Notes: generated from the sequence alone by a model not told the origin. DNA of 64,000 nt from an uncultured Planctomycetota bacterium (GCA_963737655.1 CAVTTN010000002.1:5088001-5152000); one strand, 5' to 3'. Shown: positions 39,571 to 49,968, counted from the first letter of the stretch. A program made the numbers and translations.

Positions 39571-40539
39571 ATGCGACTTTCCAAGAAGCTGATGGCCGTG
39601 GCCGCCGGCGCCCTGGCGATGATCTCGGCGGCGTCCTGGGCGCAGGACTCGCCGACGAAGAGCGAGGAGACGATCGCCGTCTCCGGCAGCCTGGAATGGC
39701 TGGAGAAGTCCGACGTGTCGGCCCTGAAGGAGGGCGTGATCCGCCAGATCGAATTCCAGGTCGGCAAGCGAGTGGCCAAGGACAAGGAGATCGGCTCGCT
39801 CCGGGACGAGATGGCCAAGCTCACCCTGGCCAAGGCCGCGCTCGTGGCCAAGAACACCGGGGAGATCTCCAAGGCCAATGCCCAGAGGATGCTGGCGATG
39901 TCCGAGCTCGCCCGGCTCCAGAGGCTGGAGCTGAAGGGGCCGGGGTTCGTCTCGCAGTCGGAGAAGGAGAAGGCCCAGGCCGAGCTCGCCGTGGCCGACG
40001 CCCTCCGCCAGGTCGCCATGGAGACCCAGAAGGTCAACGAGGCCGACCGCGACCTCGCCCAGCAGGCCGTGGACGACCACGTCATCCGCGCCCCGTTCGA
40101 GGGCGTGATCACCGACCGGATGAAGTTCCCCGGCGAGTCCGTCCGGGCCAACGAGCCGGTCGTCCGGATCGGCCGGACCGACCGCCTCCGCTTCCTCGGG
40201 ATGCTGCCGATCGAGGTCGCCAACCGCCTGAAGGGCAACGAGGTCATCGACCTCCGCCCGACGATCGAGGGGGCCGACCTGCCGATCGAGGGCAAGGTCT
40301 TCCGGGGCCGGATCACCGCCCTGTCTCGCGAGATCACCAGCGTCCGCTCCACCGACGTGCAGATCCTCGCCGAGATCGAGAACTGGCCGATCGACGTGCC
40401 CAAGCCCTCGGCCGCCGAGAAGGAAGCCGGAGCGGCGCTGGACCCGCAGCTCGAGCTGCTCGTCGGGATGAAGGCCGACGCCACGATCTACCTCGGAGGC
40501 GCCGCCCCGAAGGTCGCCGCGAACAAGAAGACGCGCTGA
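39571..40539 (+). CDS. Periplasmic adaptor (RND/HlyD-type MFP) with signal peptide
   Basis: MRLSKKLMAVAAGALAMISAASWAQ; VSALKEGVI..I..QVG; IRAPFEGVI; LLVGMKADATI. Confidence 0.85.
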   Translation: MRLSKKLMAVAAGALAMISAASWAQDSPTKSEETIAVSGSLEWLEKSDVSALKEGVIRQIEFQVGKRVAKDKEIGSLRDEMAKLTLAKAALVAKNTGEISKANAQRMLAMSELARLQRLELKGPGFVSQSEKEKAQAELAVADALRQVAMETQKVNEADRDLAQQAVDDHVIRAPFEGVITDRMKFPGESVRANEPVVRIGRTDRLRFLGMLPIEVANRLKGNEVIDLRPTIEGADLPIEGKVFRGRITALSREITSVRSTDVQILAEIENWPIDVPKPSAAEKEAGAALDPQLELLVGMKADATIYLGGAAPKVAANKKTR

Positions 40540-40630
40540 TCCGAACTTCCAGAGCTCAACCGGGGGACGGCAGCCGCCCGCCTCCCCCGGCCTCGCCCGA
40601 TCTCTCCCCTTCTCGAAGGGCCGACGACCG

Positions 40631-42833
40631 ATGAGTGCCGCCCCCACGCTGGCTCCCGCCCTGCCCGCCGGCCAGTCCGCCGAGCAGCTCCAGGTCAAGC
40701 TCCGGCCCGACCTGATCGTCCAGCCCCAGTTCTACGAGGGGATGACCCACTACGTCGTCAAGGACCCGATCGCGCTGAAGTATTTCCGATTCAAGATCGA
40801 GGAATATTTCCTCCTCCAGCAGTTCGACGGCAAGAATACGCTCCAGGACGTCAAGCGCGCCTTCGAGCGCAAGTACCGGCCGCAGACGATCACCGTCGAC
40901 GACCTGATCCGCTTCGCCTCGCAGCTCCACGAGGCCGGGATCGCCCAGATCGACACCCCCGAGCAGGCCAAGGTCCTCATCGAGCGCCGGCGGAAGAACA
41001 AGTGGAAGCGGGTCTGGCAGTTCTTCGCCAACATCCTCTACATCAAGATCCCGATCATCGACCCCGAGAAGCTGCTGACCGGGATGTACCCCTACTTCCG
41101 GTGGCTCTTCACGCCCTATTTCGTCACGGCGAGCTGCGGGCTGATGCTCGCGGCGCTCACGCTCGTGGTCAGCCGGTTCGACGAGTTCTATTCCAAGCTC
41201 CCGGAGTTCCAGAGCTTCTTCAACTGGTACACGATTGTTTATTTTTGGTGCAGTTTGGCGGTCGTCAAGGTCATCCACGAGTTCGGCCACGGCCTCACGG
41301 CGAAGCATTTCGGCGGCGAGGTCCACGAGATGGGGATGCTGTTCCTCGTCCTCACGCCGGCGCTGTATTGCGACGTCACTGATAGCTGGCTCCTGCCGAA
41401 CAAGTGGAAACGGATCTGGATCTCGGCGGCGGGCATCTACGTCGAATGCTTCCTGGCGTCGCTCGCCACGTTCGTCTGGTTCAACACCCAGCCGGGCCTG
41501 CTGAATAGCCTGATGCTGGCGACGATGTTCATCTGCTCGGTCAACACGATCCTCTTCAACGCCAACCCGCTGCTCCGATACGACGGCTACTACGTGATGG
41601 CGGACTGGCTGGAGATCCCCAACCTGCGGATCAAGTCCACCCAGTTCTTCGTCTACCTGTTCCAGGAGAAGGTGCTGGGGCTGGAAGTGCCGGTGCAGAA
41701 CTACATGCCCCGGTCCCGGCGGTTCCTGTTCGTCACCTACGCGATCGCCAGCTATCTGTATCGCTGGGTGGTCACGTTCAGCATCCTGTTCTTCCTCAAC
41801 TCGTTCCTGAAGCCGTACAAGCTGACGTCGATCAGCCGGATGCTGGCGCTGGGGTCGCTCATCCCCCTGATCGCCATGCCGCTCTACCAGATGGGGAAGT
41901 TCGTGAACCAGCCCGGGAGGATGCGTAAAGTGAAGAAGGCCCGCACTGCCGGGTTCTTCGCGGTGGCCGCCGCGATCATCGCCGGTGTCATGCTGATCCC
42001 CACTCCCTTGCGAGTCCAGGGGACCCTGGTCCTGACGGTGGCCCAGCCCGCGATGGTCTATCCCGAGGTCGAGGGCCAGTTGGTGAGGATCCACGTCCGG
42101 GACGGCGACCCGGTGGCCGAGGGGCAGCTCCTGGCCGAGATGATCAACCCGCCGAAGCAACGCGAGCGGCTCCAGCTGACCGAGCAGCAGTCGGTGAACT
42201 TCGCCAAGTATGAGATGTACAACCGCTCGCTCGTGGTGACCGACCACGACCTGGCCAACCAGTTCCGCGCCGACGCCGAGGCGATGGAGCCGGCCATCGA
42301 GAAAGTCAACGAGCAGATCGCCAAGCTCAAGCTCTACGCCCCCAAGGCGGGCATCGCGCTGGGCGTCCCCCATCCCGAGACCACCGGCACCTGGCTGAAG
42401 CCCGGCGGCAAGCCGTTCTGCGAGATCGGCGACACGAGGAAGCTGGAAGCCCACCTGATCCTCGACCAGAGCGACGTGGACCTCGTCCGGCTCGACCGGG
42501 ACGAGGGCTCCTCGCGCCTGGGTGAAGATCTATGGCGACTCCGAGCACACGCGGAAGACCTACGTCCAGGCCATCGCCCGGAAGAACCGCGAGGAGATCC
42601 CCCCCGAGCTCTCCAACCAGGCCGGAGGCGAGATCGCCACCAAGCCCGACCAGAAGAACCAGGGCGTGGTCAAGCCGCTGAACTCGGTGTACGAGGTGAT
42701 CATCCCCGTCTCCAATGACGACCTCAAGCTCCAGCCCGGAATCCGAGGCTTCGCCAAGATCGACGGCGGCCACTGCACCCTGGGATGGTGGATGTGGAGG
42801 CTCGTGAGCAAGACGTTCCACTTCACGATCTAA
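40631..42833 (+). CDS. PqqD/RRE-like + M50 (site-2) zinc metallopeptidase + HlyD/MFP fusion; frameshift ~42508
   Basis: N-terminal YVVKDP..YFRF...FDGKNTL; VIHEFGH and NANPLLRYDGYY; multiple TMs; VRDGDPVAEGQLL; C-terminal LQPGIRGFAKI in ORF 42522..42833. Confidence 0.85.
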
Positions 42834-42838
42834 AACCC

Positions 42839-42937
42839 GTAGGGTGCATGAAATGCACCATCGTCCCCGTAGGGTGCATGAAATGCACCATCTTCGGTCG
42901 TCGCGAGATCGAAGATGGTGCATTTCATGCACCCTAC
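42839..42937. repeat. REP cluster, family B (2 direct + 1 inverted)
   Basis: GTAGGGTGCATGAAATGCACC at 42839 and 42869; inverted copy at 42917-42937. Confidence 0.85.
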
Positions 42938-42984
42938 GGGTGAGGAAATAAGTCCGCCTGCACGGACGCATTGGCGGACACATG

Positions 42985-43023
42985 GGGCGGGCCCGAGCTT
43001 CTCGGGCCCGCCCTTTTTCTTTT
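42985..43023 (+). terminator. Rho-independent terminator of the MFP/M50 operon
   Basis: GGGCGGGCCCGAG-CTT-CTCGGGCCCGCCC followed by TTTTTCTTTT. Confidence 0.75.
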
Positions 43024-43224
43024 CGTTCCTACGAGGCCGGGGCGTGTCATTGTTACAACACGACGGGTTCGCTTCCCGGCTTCGGACGTGTCCTCGAGGA
43101 TCGAAGTCGTGCAGGCGATGGGGTTTGGTGCGGGCCGGATTGACCCCGGCGCGGGTCGGGCATGGGGATTGCTTCGCCATTTCGGACCCGAGAGGCTTCG
43201 CGGCGGTTGGGAAAGGATTCCCCG

Positions 43225-44509
43225 ATGGCTCATGTGCTCGACCTGATCTATCTCGGCCTGCTCCTGGCCTTCGGGCCGATGCTGGCCTATCGCTCGTGGA
43301 AGGCCGGCAAATATCGCGACGGATGGTCGGAGAAGGTCCTGGGCAAGGCGCCCCGGCGGATCGGCGACCGGCCGTGCGTCTGGTTCCATGCCGTGAGCGT
43401 GGGGGAAGTCCTCCTGCTCCGCCCCCTGGTCGCGGAGCTCGCCCGGAGGAGGCCGGGCTGGGAGGTCGTCGTCTCGACGACCACGACGACCGGCCTGGCC
43501 GTCGCCCGGAGGACGTTCCCGGACCTCGTCACCTTCTATGCCCCCCTGGACTTCAGTTGGGCCGCCCGTCGCGCCGTGGCGAGGGTCCGGCCGACCGTCC
43601 TGGCCCTGGTCGAGCTGGAGTTGTGGCCCAACCTGATCGCCTCGGCCAAGGCGGCCGGCGCGGGTGGCGATCGTCAACGGCCGCCTGAGCGACCGGAGCC
43701 ACAGAGGGTATCGCAAGATCCGCTGGGCCCTGGGCCCGACGTTCTGGAGGCTCGATTCGGTCGCCGCGCAGACCGAGGAATACGCCGAGAGGTTCGTCGA
43801 TCTGGGCGTGCCGTCGCCCCACGTCCGCGTGACGGGCTCGGTGAAGTACGACGGCCTGGAGGCCGACCGGGGGAACCCTCGGACGGTGGCCCTCCGGCGA
43901 GAGCTCGGGCTGTCGGCGGCCGACGTGATCTTCGTGGCCGGGAGCACGATGGAGGGGGAAGAGGCCGCGGCCCTGGACGCCTTCCGCAAGGCCCGCGTCG
44001 ATCACCCCAGGCTCCGCCTCGTGCTGGTCCCCCGCCACGCCGAGCGGTTCGACCGGGTGGCGGCCTGGTTGCAGGAGGCGGGGGCGAGGGTCGTCCGAAG
44101 GAGCCGTCCGGGGCTGGTCCTGGGTCACGGCGACTACCCTCCGGTCTTCCTGATCGACACCCTGGGCGAGCTCTCGGCGGTCTGGGGCCTGGCGGACGTC
44201 GCGTTCGTCGGCGGCAGCCTGTTCCCGGGCCGGGGCGGCCAGAACATGATGGAGCCGGCGGCCTTCGGGGCGTCGGTGCTGTTCGGGCCGTCCACGGGGA
44301 ATTTCAAGGAGGCCGTCGAGGGCCTGCTCGCCCGCGACGGCGCGAAGCGCGTGGAGAACGCCGAGGCCCTGGCCCGGGCCCTGATGGCCGACCTGGACGA
44401 CCCCGAGGCGGCGGCGGCCCGCGGGGCGGCCGGCCGGGCGTTCGTCCTGGCCCAGAACGGCGCGTCGCTGAGGACGCTGGCCGAGCTCGATCGCCTGGTC
44501 GGCGACTGA
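43225..44509 (+). CDS. waaA: 3-deoxy-D-manno-octulosonic acid (Kdo) transferase; frameshift ~43662
   Basis: WFHAVSVGE, YAPLD, ELELWPN, NGRLS, VTGSVKYD, LVPRHAERF, DTLGEL, FVGGSL, GGQNMMEPA. Confidence 0.92.
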
Positions 44510-44726
44510 TCGGGACCGGGCAAGATCCCCCATCTTCGCCGGGCTCTCGGGACGGCCCGAGATGGCCCCGATTCGGCCGATTTTGCGGGTCGGTCCCCGG
44601 TTGCACGACCGATGGGGTTTCGTCAGACTGTCACGACTCGCGAGGCCCTCGGAGGCCCCGCGCGGCGACACAAGGCCGCCGACCCTTCCGTTCCGTTCCG
44701 ATCCGAGTTTTCTGCCGGAGACAGCC

Positions 44727-45098
44727 ATGAGCGAGACCGAAGGCGTTCAACAGCCCCAGGGCCAGCAGACCGAAGTCCACGTGGACGACTCCTCGACGCT
44801 GCCGTCGTACTCGAACTTCTGCCGGGTCACGGCCACGCCCGAGGAAGTGATCCTCGACTTCGGCCTGAATCCCCAGCCGTTCGCCACCGGCCGGCAGGAC
44901 GTGAAAGCCAATCAGCGGATCGTCATGAATTTCTATACCGCGAAGCGACTGCTGACGGCCCTGGGGATGACGATCCAGAGGCACGAGGGCACGTTCGGCT
45001 CGATCGAGCTGGACGTTCGCCGCCGGGCCGGGACGTTCCAGCAGACCCAGACGCGGCACCCCTCCGGCTCGGTCGGCCCCCAGGGGATCGTCGAGTAA
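44727..45098 (+). CDS. DUF3467 domain protein
   Basis: YSNFCRVTATPEEVILDFG...RIVMNFYTAKRLL.AL...IQRHE..FG; RBS GGAG. Confidence 0.85.
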   Translation: MSETEGVQQPQGQQTEVHVDDSSTLPSYSNFCRVTATPEEVILDFGLNPQPFATGRQDVKANQRIVMNFYTAKRLLTALGMTIQRHEGTFGSIELDVRRRAGTFQQTQTRHPSGSVGPQGIVE

Positions 45099-45130
45099 GC
45101 GTCGGATCGACGGCGGCATGACGGATGAGA

Positions 45131-45172
45131 TCGGGCGGGCCCTCCCTCGGTGGGGGCCCGCCCGATTTTTTT
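45131..45172 (+). terminator. Rho-independent terminator after DUF3467
   Basis: TCGGGCGGGCCC...GGGCCCGCCCGA followed by TTTTTTT. Confidence 0.75.
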
Positions 45173-45424
45173 GCGCATCTCGCCCAGAGTCCGCCGGACT
45201 CGCCGATCGTGCGGGCTTTCCGGGTCCAAATGGTTGATCTCCGGGGTGGAGATCGGCCGATCCTGAGTGTCAAGACGAGTGGTCCGCGAAGCCCGGACGC
45301 GCCGCGAAGGCCGATCGGGCCCGGTCTTCGACTCATTCGACCTTCGCGGACGTGTCGATACCGTAGGGTGCCGGGAGCCCGGCCTCGATTCAGGACGGAC
45401 GAGTCCCGCCCAAGGAGATAAGGA

Positions 45425-48400
45425 ATGTCTCACTCTTCCCGGCCGGACCCGCGCGGAGACGCGAATCGGCCCCGTCGTCGCGTCCGGATCGAGAACCTGG
45501 TCACGCTGGAGGATCGGATGTTGCCGGCCCCGGTCGTGGCCTCCACGATCCCCCAGGCCAACTTCACGGCCGCCGCGGCGCCGTCGAACGACAACCTCGG
45601 CACGGTCTCGATCTCGGCGGTCGCCAATTCGGCCAGCGCCGCGGCGCTGACCTCGGTGGCCCAGCTCACCTCGGCCAACTCCTTCGGCGGCGACATCGTC
45701 CGCATCAAGGCCGGGCCCGGGGGCGACTTCGGCAAGGGCGTCTACGCCATCAGCCGGGGCGCCGGCGAGAACGCCGACGCGACCTCGCGAGACCCGAGCA
45801 TCCAGGCCCCGATCAACCGGCCCGGCGTGATCTACCGCGTCGATCCGGCCACGGGCAAGACCTCGGTCTTCTTCGACCTGAACACCGTGATCAACCAGCT
45901 GCAGACCGGAGGGGACGCCTCCAACGGCTCCTCGCCCGGCTCCGGCCTGCTGAACTGGTACGATATCGCCTTCGACCCCGAGGGGTATTTCGACGGCAAA
46001 CCGTCGATGTTCGTCAGCTCGCTGTCGCAGAGCGACCCGACCAAGAACGTGATCTACCGGATCGGGCCGGACGGCTCGTTCATGGGCCTGTATATCCAGT
46101 TCACGGCCGGGGCGACCGAGCAGAACTTCACCCGCCAACCCAGCGCCCTGTTGATCCCCCCGCCGGAGCAGCAGAGCTTCCTCAAGGGCCTGTTCGTCGG
46201 CCAGGGCACGGGGCTCACCCAGAATAACGGAACGGCCGCCGGCGGGTTCGCGGCCCTGTTCTTCGACGCCAACCAGTTCTCGCCCGGGGCGAACCTCAAC
46301 GGCGACACCCTGCCCAACGGCGTGACGGCCACCCCGCTGACCTACGGTCCGCAGGTCGGCCTGACCTCGGCCAACTCGTCGTACACCTCGCCGGTGTATT
46401 CGGCGTTCAGCGACTTCGGCACCCCCGGGGCCGGCGGGGTCGCCGCGACCTTCGGCCTGAGCGGCGTCCAGGGCCTCCAGGGCGAGATCCCGATCGGAGG
46501 GGCCGGGACGATCATCCCCGACTTCACCACGGCGCCGGCCATCGCCGGGACCACCGACGGCGACGCCGCCGTGATCACCCCGTTCCGACGGTTCCAGGAC
46601 ATCGCCTTCGACCAGTACGGCTACTTCTCCTACGGGACCAACGGCAACACGCTCACCGCCGGGGCCGCGCCGACCTACGAGGGGAGCCTGTTCGTCTCCG
46701 ACCTGGCCACCGGGCTGACCGTCCCGGTCAACACGGCCGCCGCGCTGGGCGGGATCGCCGCCGGGACCGCCGTGAACATCCCGATCCAGGGCGCCGGCGG
46801 CCCGATCGGCGTGACCCTGAGCCCCAACGGCACCGTCGTCCCGATCTTCACCAACGGCAACACCACCAACGGCACCAACCTCGGCGGCCGGATCTTGCGG
46901 GTCAGCCCCACGGGCGTGGTCTCGGTCTTCGCCGACAATTTCCACACCAACGGCGCCCAGGACGCCTCCAGCTTCGTCTCCAGCGAGCTGAGCATCTCGT
47001 TCTCGGCCGACGGCACGACCCTCTACGCGGCCGACGACGACGGGATCTGGCAGTTCAAGACCGTCACCGACCTCGCCGGCGCGACCTCCGGCTCGCTGAT
47101 CGGCCTGAACGACCTGAGGACCCTGGGCGTCCCCTACGACGGCCAGGATTCGGCCGTGGCGATCGTCGATACCGGCGTCGATTCGCTGACCCCGAACTTC
47201 CGGGGCCGGGTGGCCACGGGCCTGAGCGTCGTGACCAACGGGCCGGGCAACGACGACACGGCCGCCGCCGTCAACGGCCACGGGACGCTCGTCGCCGGCG
47301 TGGTCGCCCAGTTCGTCCCCCAGGCCACGTTGGACCCGGTCAACGTCTTCACCCCCAACCAGGTCGCGCCCGGCAACTCGGCCGGGGCCGCCTCGGTGAC
47401 CGGCGCCACCACGCCCCAGAACGTCTACACCGGGCTGGATTACGTCGCCAACAACCCGTTCGTCCGCGACCCGATCCGCCCGAACACCCAGGACCGCGTG
47501 ATCGCCGCCAACGTCGGCTTCGGCACGACCACGACCTATGGGACGGAGACCCAGGCCTACAACCGGTTCCCGCAGATCACCCTGGCCTTCGAGAACGAGT
47601 TCGCCAAGTTCCGGCGGATCGGGATCCAGGGGATCGCCGCGGCCGGCCAGTTCGGCACCCCTCAGGGCGCGACGGTCACCGGCGGATCGGTCACCGGCGG
47701 GGACGTCCAGGGGATCGCCTTCCCGGCCGTCCTGGACACGGTGATCTCGGTCACCGGGAGCTATTCCTACCCGTTCACCGCCCTGCCCACGTCCAGCCCG
47801 GTCGATCCCGGGACCGGCGTGATCCCCCGGCCTCCCGGGCCGGCCCTGCTCTACGGCAGCCCGGCGGGCAACACGATCACCGGGGCCGGATCGGCCGCCA
47901 CGGTCGCCTCGGCCGATGCCATCGTCTTCAAGGACAAGCTCCTGGCCTCGTCCAACCGCAGCCTGACGACCGACTACACCGCCCCCGAGCTCGACCTGCC
48001 CACCTTCCGCCGGACCGCCGCGTCGACCATCGGGGCCACCACCACGGCCGTCGGCGCCCCGCCGGACTTCAACGACTTCTCCGAGGGCGGGACCTCGCTG
48101 TCCTCGGCCGTCGTCACCGGCTCCTATGCGATGGTCGCCTCGGCCCTGGACTACTGGCAGACCATCTCCAACAACAACGGCCTGACCGTCGATGGCTACC
48201 TGACCACCCCGGCCGGCGTCAACCAGTTGAACTTCGGCAAGGGAGGGATCGAGAACCTCTCGGCCTACTCCAACCCCGACGGCATCAACTCGATCCTCCA
48301 GTGGACGGCCGTCCCGGCGAGCGACTCGCTCAACACGGTCGATCCGGTGACCCCGCCGACCCTGTTCCAGAGCCCCAACTACCGCGAGTTCGCCCGGATC

Positions 48401-49714
48401 GACATCGGCAACGCCATCGCCGCCATCGAAGGCTCGATCGCGCTGAACTACCTGTTCGCCCACGGCACCTTCGACATCATCGACGCCAACAAGAACGGCC
48501 TGGTCACGGCCCAGGAGCTCCAGAACTTCGCCGACAACGCCGCCAACATCGGCATGCCCGAGGCCGGGGTGATGGCCCGCTTCCTGGGCGGGACCGCGCG
48601 AATCCCCACCACCGGCTTCCAGCAGACCGGCGCCGGCGAGTCGCCCGATCAGCCCGACGTCCTCCAGCGCCGCTTCAACTTCTTCGACTACGCGGCCGAC
48701 GGCCAGCTCAACGGGGCGATCTCGATCGCCCAGTACCAGGCCCTGGCCAAGAACCTGCTGCCCACGCCCGACGCCTTCACCGTCACCGACCGCCAGAGGG
48801 CCTCGGTCGATGGCTTCCTGCTCTCGCCCAACCCGCTGAGGAACTACTCGGACCTCCAGCACACCCTGCCGACCTACGCCTTCATCCCCAAGAGGGTCGT
48901 GGCCCGGTTCAAGAACATCTCCCCGGCGAAGTTCGGGATCAAGGGGAGGACCCAGGGGCCGGTCTTCACCCTGTTCAGCCAGGGAGGCGCCCAGTCCACC
49001 ACGGGCAAGACCCCGGTCAAGGGGAACACCACGACCAAGCCCGCGGGCTCGACCACGACCACCACCACCAAGCCCGCGGGCTCGACCACGACGACGACCA
49101 CGACCAAGCCCGCGGGCTCGACCACGACCGGGACCACCACGACCACCGGTTCCTCGACCGCCACGCCCCCCTCGGCGACGGGGACGACCGGCTCGGGCCA
49201 GGCCGCCACGGCCTCGGGGGTCAACTACATCGCGTCCTTGCTGAACAAGGCCCCGGCGGCCAGCCCCGTGACGGTCAACTCGGCCGCGACGAGCTCGACC
49301 GCCACGCCCTCTCCGGTGACGACCAACGGCGCGACCACCGGGGCCCCGGCCGCCGAGAGCGCCTCGGGCGTGGGGACCTCGCTGACCTCGGCCTCGCTCG
49401 CGGCGATCTCGACCCCGGCGAAGGCCGGGACGCCCGCCGCGACCACCGCGTCGTCCTCGACCGAGAACGTCCAGGTCGCCATGTCTCGACAAACCGCCGC
49501 CAAGCTCGCGAGGAACGAGGCCGAGGGCAAGTCCCAGGTCGCCCCAAGCGGCTCGCACGTCGCGCCGGTCGGCTCGGGCAACGGCACCGGAACCGCAACC
49601 GGATCGTCCGCCCCGGCCGCCGCCGCCCACTCGACCAAGAAGAAGTCCAAGACCTCCACCAAGTTCGACCCGTTGAACCCGTGGAAGTCGATCACCAACA
49701 TCTTCAAGAAGTAG
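45425..49714 (+). CDS. Large extracellular S8 subtilase-like protein with LEPR-XLL-type leader
   Basis: RRRVRIENLVTLEDRMLPA leader; VAIVDTGVD, HGTLVAG, GGTSLS triad; EF-hand-like DANKNGLVTAQEL; Thr/Ser-rich tail; RBS AAGGA. Confidence 0.85.
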   Translation: MSHSSRPDPRGDANRPRRRVRIENLVTLEDRMLPAPVVASTIPQANFTAAAAPSNDNLGTVSISAVANSASAAALTSVAQLTSANSFGGDIVRIKAGPGGDFGKGVYAISRGAGENADATSRDPSIQAPINRPGVIYRVDPATGKTSVFFDLNTVINQLQTGGDASNGSSPGSGLLNWYDIAFDPEGYFDGKPSMFVSSLSQSDPTKNVIYRIGPDGSFMGLYIQFTAGATEQNFTRQPSALLIPPPEQQSFLKGLFVGQGTGLTQNNGTAAGGFAALFFDANQFSPGANLNGDTLPNGVTATPLTYGPQVGLTSANSSYTSPVYSAFSDFGTPGAGGVAATFGLSGVQGLQGEIPIGGAGTIIPDFTTAPAIAGTTDGDAAVITPFRRFQDIAFDQYGYFSYGTNGNTLTAGAAPTYEGSLFVSDLATGLTVPVNTAAALGGIAAGTAVNIPIQGAGGPIGVTLSPNGTVVPIFTNGNTTNGTNLGGRILRVSPTGVVSVFADNFHTNGAQDASSFVSSELSISFSADGTTLYAADDDGIWQFKTVTDLAGATSGSLIGLNDLRTLGVPYDGQDSAVAIVDTGVDSLTPNFRGRVATGLSVVTNGPGNDDTAAAVNGHGTLVAGVVAQFVPQATLDPVNVFTPNQVAPGNSAGAASVTGATTPQNVYTGLDYVANNPFVRDPIRPNTQDRVIAANVGFGTTTTYGTETQAYNRFPQITLAFENEFAKFRRIGIQGIAAAGQFGTPQGATVTGGSVTGGDVQGIAFPAVLDTVISVTGSYSYPFTALPTSSPVDPGTGVIPRPPGPALLYGSPAGNTITGAGSAATVASADAIVFKDKLLASSNRSLTTDYTAPELDLPTFRRTAASTIGATTTAVGAPPDFNDFSEGGTSLSSAVVTGSYAMVASALDYWQTISNNNGLTVDGYLTTPAGVNQLNFGKGGIENLSAYSNPDGINSILQWTAVPASDSLNTVDPVTPPTLFQSPNYREFARIDIGNAIAAIEGSIALNYLFAHGTFDIIDANKNGLVTAQELQNFADNAANIGMPEAGVMARFLGGTARIPTTGFQQTGAGESPDQPDVLQRRFNFFDYAADGQLNGAISIAQYQALAKNLLPTPDAFTVTDRQRASVDGFLLSPNPLRNYSDLQHTLPTYAFIPKRVVARFKNISPAKFGIKGRTQGPVFTLFSQGGAQSTTGKTPVKGNTTTKPAGSTTTTTTKPAGSTTTTTTTKPAGSTTTGTTTTTGSSTATPPSATGTTGSGQAATASGVNYIASLLNKAPAASPVTVNSAATSSTATPSPVTTNGATTGAPAAESASGVGTSLTSASLAAISTPAKAGTPAATTASSSTENVQVAMSRQTAAKLARNEAEGKSQVAPSGSHVAPVGSGNGTGTATGSSAPAAAAHSTKKKSKTSTKFDPLNPWKSITNIFKK
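49029..49135 (+). repeat. Coding tandem repeat (TTKPAGSTTTT)x3
   Basis: CCAAGCCCGCGGGCTCGACCACGAC repeated three times in frame. Confidence 0.8.
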
Positions 49715-49861
49715 CGAGGGCAGCGCCTCACGAAACCCGACGGCCGGACCCGCCGACGAGGGCGGGCCCGGCCGTTGGGCGTTTCCGGCGTTCGCACTCG
49801 TCGAGAGCCTCCGTCCAGCAGGGCAGGCCGAGGCCCGCCCTCCAAAGCTCCTCGAGCGTGG

Positions 49862-49958
49862 TCTGTAGAAAACCCCTTCGAGGATGAGGAAACGAGTAGG
49901 CCCGACTGAAGTCGGACCTACTCGTATCGAGACTTCGAAGGGGTTTTCTACAGAGCAC
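49862..49958. repeat. Family E element copy 3 (internally deleted)
   Basis: TCTGTAGAAAACCCCTTCGA...GAGTAGGCCCGACTGAAGTCGGACCTACTCG...TCGAAGGGGTTTTCTACAGAGCA. Confidence 0.8.
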
Positions 49959-49968
49959 GTCGAGCGCC

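Noticed and set aside
37379..42833. Classical RND efflux, type I secretion or RiPP cluster
   Set aside because: No RND permease, ABC ATPase/C39 peptidase, TolC, precursor peptide or modifying enzyme adjacent; the ABC transporter at 53 kb is tied to cphA/DUF1854
42839..42937. Repeated 21-mer GTAGGGTGCATGAAATGCACC as a CRISPR array (also 26779-26938)
   Set aside because: Only 2 direct copies with 5-9 nt gaps plus an inverted copy; dispersed elsewhere; no cas genes; fits GTAG REPs
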